Assembly: GCA_963725825.1 (NCBI GenBank)
Contig: CAVSAI010000031.1
Location: forward strand, 5,337-69,336
Origin: Candidatus Aminicenantes bacterium
Lineage (GTDB): Bacteria > Acidobacteriota > Aminicenantia > Aminicenantales > Saccharicenantaceae
Direction: 5' to 3'
DNA: 64,000 nucleotides
The notes beneath the pieces are model-generated. The model did not search any database and was not told where the DNA came from. It worked only from the letters and a program-made list of their open reading frames with translations. Below, one piece after another: positions 63,160 to 64,000 of the stretch; within the stretch, counting starts at the first letter, position 1; each line of letters opens with the position of its first letter. The translations under genes and the position numbers were made by a program.

Positions 63160-63325
63160 GGGGAGCGGACTCTTGGAAGCGACCATCAGCGCCGCTCCGG
63201 AATGACCTGGAGGAGCGGTGCTGGGAAATGTCTTGGCAAATTCCCTCTTTTAGGATATTTATCAGAATCATGGCTTCGAGTGCTCAGCCATGATTCTGAG
63301 GTCCGCTCCCAAGAGTTCGCTCCCC
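63160..63325 (+). ncRNA. candidate structured RNA / complex inverted-repeat element (three helices), class unknown
   Basis: P1 pairs 63160-63176 with 63309-63325 (17 bp, one G-U). P2 pairs 63187-63198 with 63212-63223 (12 bp, one G-U). P3 pairs 63262-63275 with 63286-63299 (14 bp, perfect). Both wobbles are G-U only on the plus strand. Confidence 0.3.
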
Positions 63326-63328
63326 GTA

Positions 63329-63410
63329 GGCGGTTTCCCCTGAAACTGCCCTCGTCCGCCACGCGGTCCGGCTAAACTTTTCCAAATCGGGCTCGACTGC
63401 CCTTCTCGCC
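63329..63410 (+). repeat. 82-nt intergenic module, copy 2 (see 22254-22336)
   Basis: GGCGGTTTCCCCTGAAACTGCCCTCGTCCGCCACGCGGTCCGGCTAAACTTTTCCAAATCGGGCTCGACTGCCCTTCTCGCC. It contains two ACTGCCCT(C/T)nTCnGCC direct repeats starting at 63345 and 63396. Confidence 0.8.
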
Positions 63411-63516
63411 TCATCATCGCGCCCCTCCCGATAACGAATCACGCTCGATCTGACCGGCCTCCTGTACAGCGTTGATAGACCTATCGTAGAATAAGGGCGT
63501 ACGGAATAGCCGGGCC

Positions 63517-63957
63517 ATGAAGACGCAGGAGGAAATGGCGAAGACAGTGACGGCGGCGGTCATCGAACGGGACGGGAAGGTGCTCGTTGCCCGGCGCAAG
63601 GCGGGGCTCGTCGCGGAGGGGTTGTGGGAGTTCCCGGGCGGAAAGCTCGAGGAAGGGGAGGATCCCCGCCAGGGCCTGGAGCGCGAGATCGAGGAGGAGC
63701 TGGGCGTGCGCGCCGTGGCGGGGGAGCTTCTCTGCTCGGTCCCGTTCGAGGGACCGGTCACGAGCTTCGAGCTCGTCGTCTTCCGGACCGAGGTCCTGTC
63801 CCACGACTTCAGGCTCGCCGACCACGACAGGATCCTCTGGCTCGAGCCGGCGGAGATGGACGAGCGCGTCTTCTCGAAGCCGGACCGGCCCGTCGTTCGT
63901 CTGCTCGTCAGCCGGCAGTGCCCCCCGGCAGGATCGGCAGGGGAGGCGCCCGGGTGA
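63517..63957 (+). CDS. NUDIX hydrolase (MutT-like (deoxy)nucleoside triphosphate pyrophosphohydrolase)
   Basis: NUDIX box: GLWEFPGGKLEEGEDPRQGLEREIEEELGV. 146 aa. Confidence 0.8.
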   Translation: MKTQEEMAKTVTAAVIERDGKVLVARRKAGLVAEGLWEFPGGKLEEGEDPRQGLEREIEEELGVRAVAGELLCSVPFEGPVTSFELVVFRTEVLSHDFRLADHDRILWLEPAEMDERVFSKPDRPVVRLLVSRQCPPAGSAGEAPG

Positions 63958-64000
63958 ACGCCGTCGTCCTCAAGCCCGGCCGGGACAAGGCCGTCCGGAA
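63954..64000 (+). CDS. start of a further gene (possibly a PUA-domain class I SAM-dependent rRNA methyltransferase, RlmI-like); 3' end lies outside the window
   Basis: The GTG overlaps the NUDIX stop (GTGA). VNAVVLKPGRDKAVR resembles RlmI-type N-termini. Only 15 codons are visible. Confidence 0.3.
   Translation, partial: MNAVVLKPGRDKAVR

Noticed and set aside
63262-63299. Perfect 14-bp hairpin considered as a Rho-independent terminator.
   Set aside because: No U-tract follows it on either strand, and it lies upstream of both flanking genes (which are divergent). I treat it as part of the larger structured element or as a palindromic operator instead.

Overview
High-GC (about 65% by eye) bacterial chromosomal segment. 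It is almost fully coding, with roughly 60 protein genes plus RNase P RNA and an initiator tRNA.

Gene content is core housekeeping and central metabolism, in this order:
- a partial M20 deacylase, rnpB and an MFS transporter
- a lower-GC general-stress cluster (CsbD, BON and lmo0937-type small proteins)
- a stand-alone nuoJKLMN block, ychF, tRNA-fMet and lepB
- a PurF-like protein and a pepP / C-N hydrolase / NusG-paralog operon
- hyuAB (hydantoinase/oxoprolinase), RidA, pepD and znuACB
- a fused formimidoyltransferase-cyclodeaminase, two M16 proteins and ahcY
- a long minus-strand operon (asnS-rimO-pgpA-cinA-thpR-plsY-gpsA-TPR), then nifS and serC-serA
- a GH63-like hydrolase with a glycosylasparaginase, rlpA and a LOG-family gene
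- PurO-type and AICARFT purine genes and an M28 peptidase
- a GH57-based glycogen cluster (GH57, GH57 branching enzyme, glgC, GAF histidine kinase, receiver, GalT-like, glgA), then a NUDIX gene

I found no transposase, integrase, phage gene, CRISPR array, toxin-antitoxin pair or recognisable defence gene. This reads as an ordinary core region, not an accessory island, and I do not see a clear novel multi-gene system.

Items worth a second look:
1. Five single-nucleotide frameshifts confined to cinA, asnS (two) and serA (two) within 6 kb.
2. A strongly structured intergenic segment of about 166 nt at 63160-63325, whose G-U wobbles favour a plus-strand RNA.
3. An 83-nt module present twice (22254-22336 and 63329-63410), each carrying two 16-nt direct repeats about 51 bp apart.
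4. A recurrent -10 box 7-13 nt upstream of start codons that lack a Shine-Dalgarno, suggesting leaderless mRNAs.
5. A soluble GAF histidine kinase and a receiver-only regulator translationally coupled inside the glycogen operon.
6. A PurF homologue without the Cys1 nucleophile.
7. An M16 pair in which both members lack HxxEH.

All family calls come from motif recognition by eye. No database, HMM or folding searches were run.
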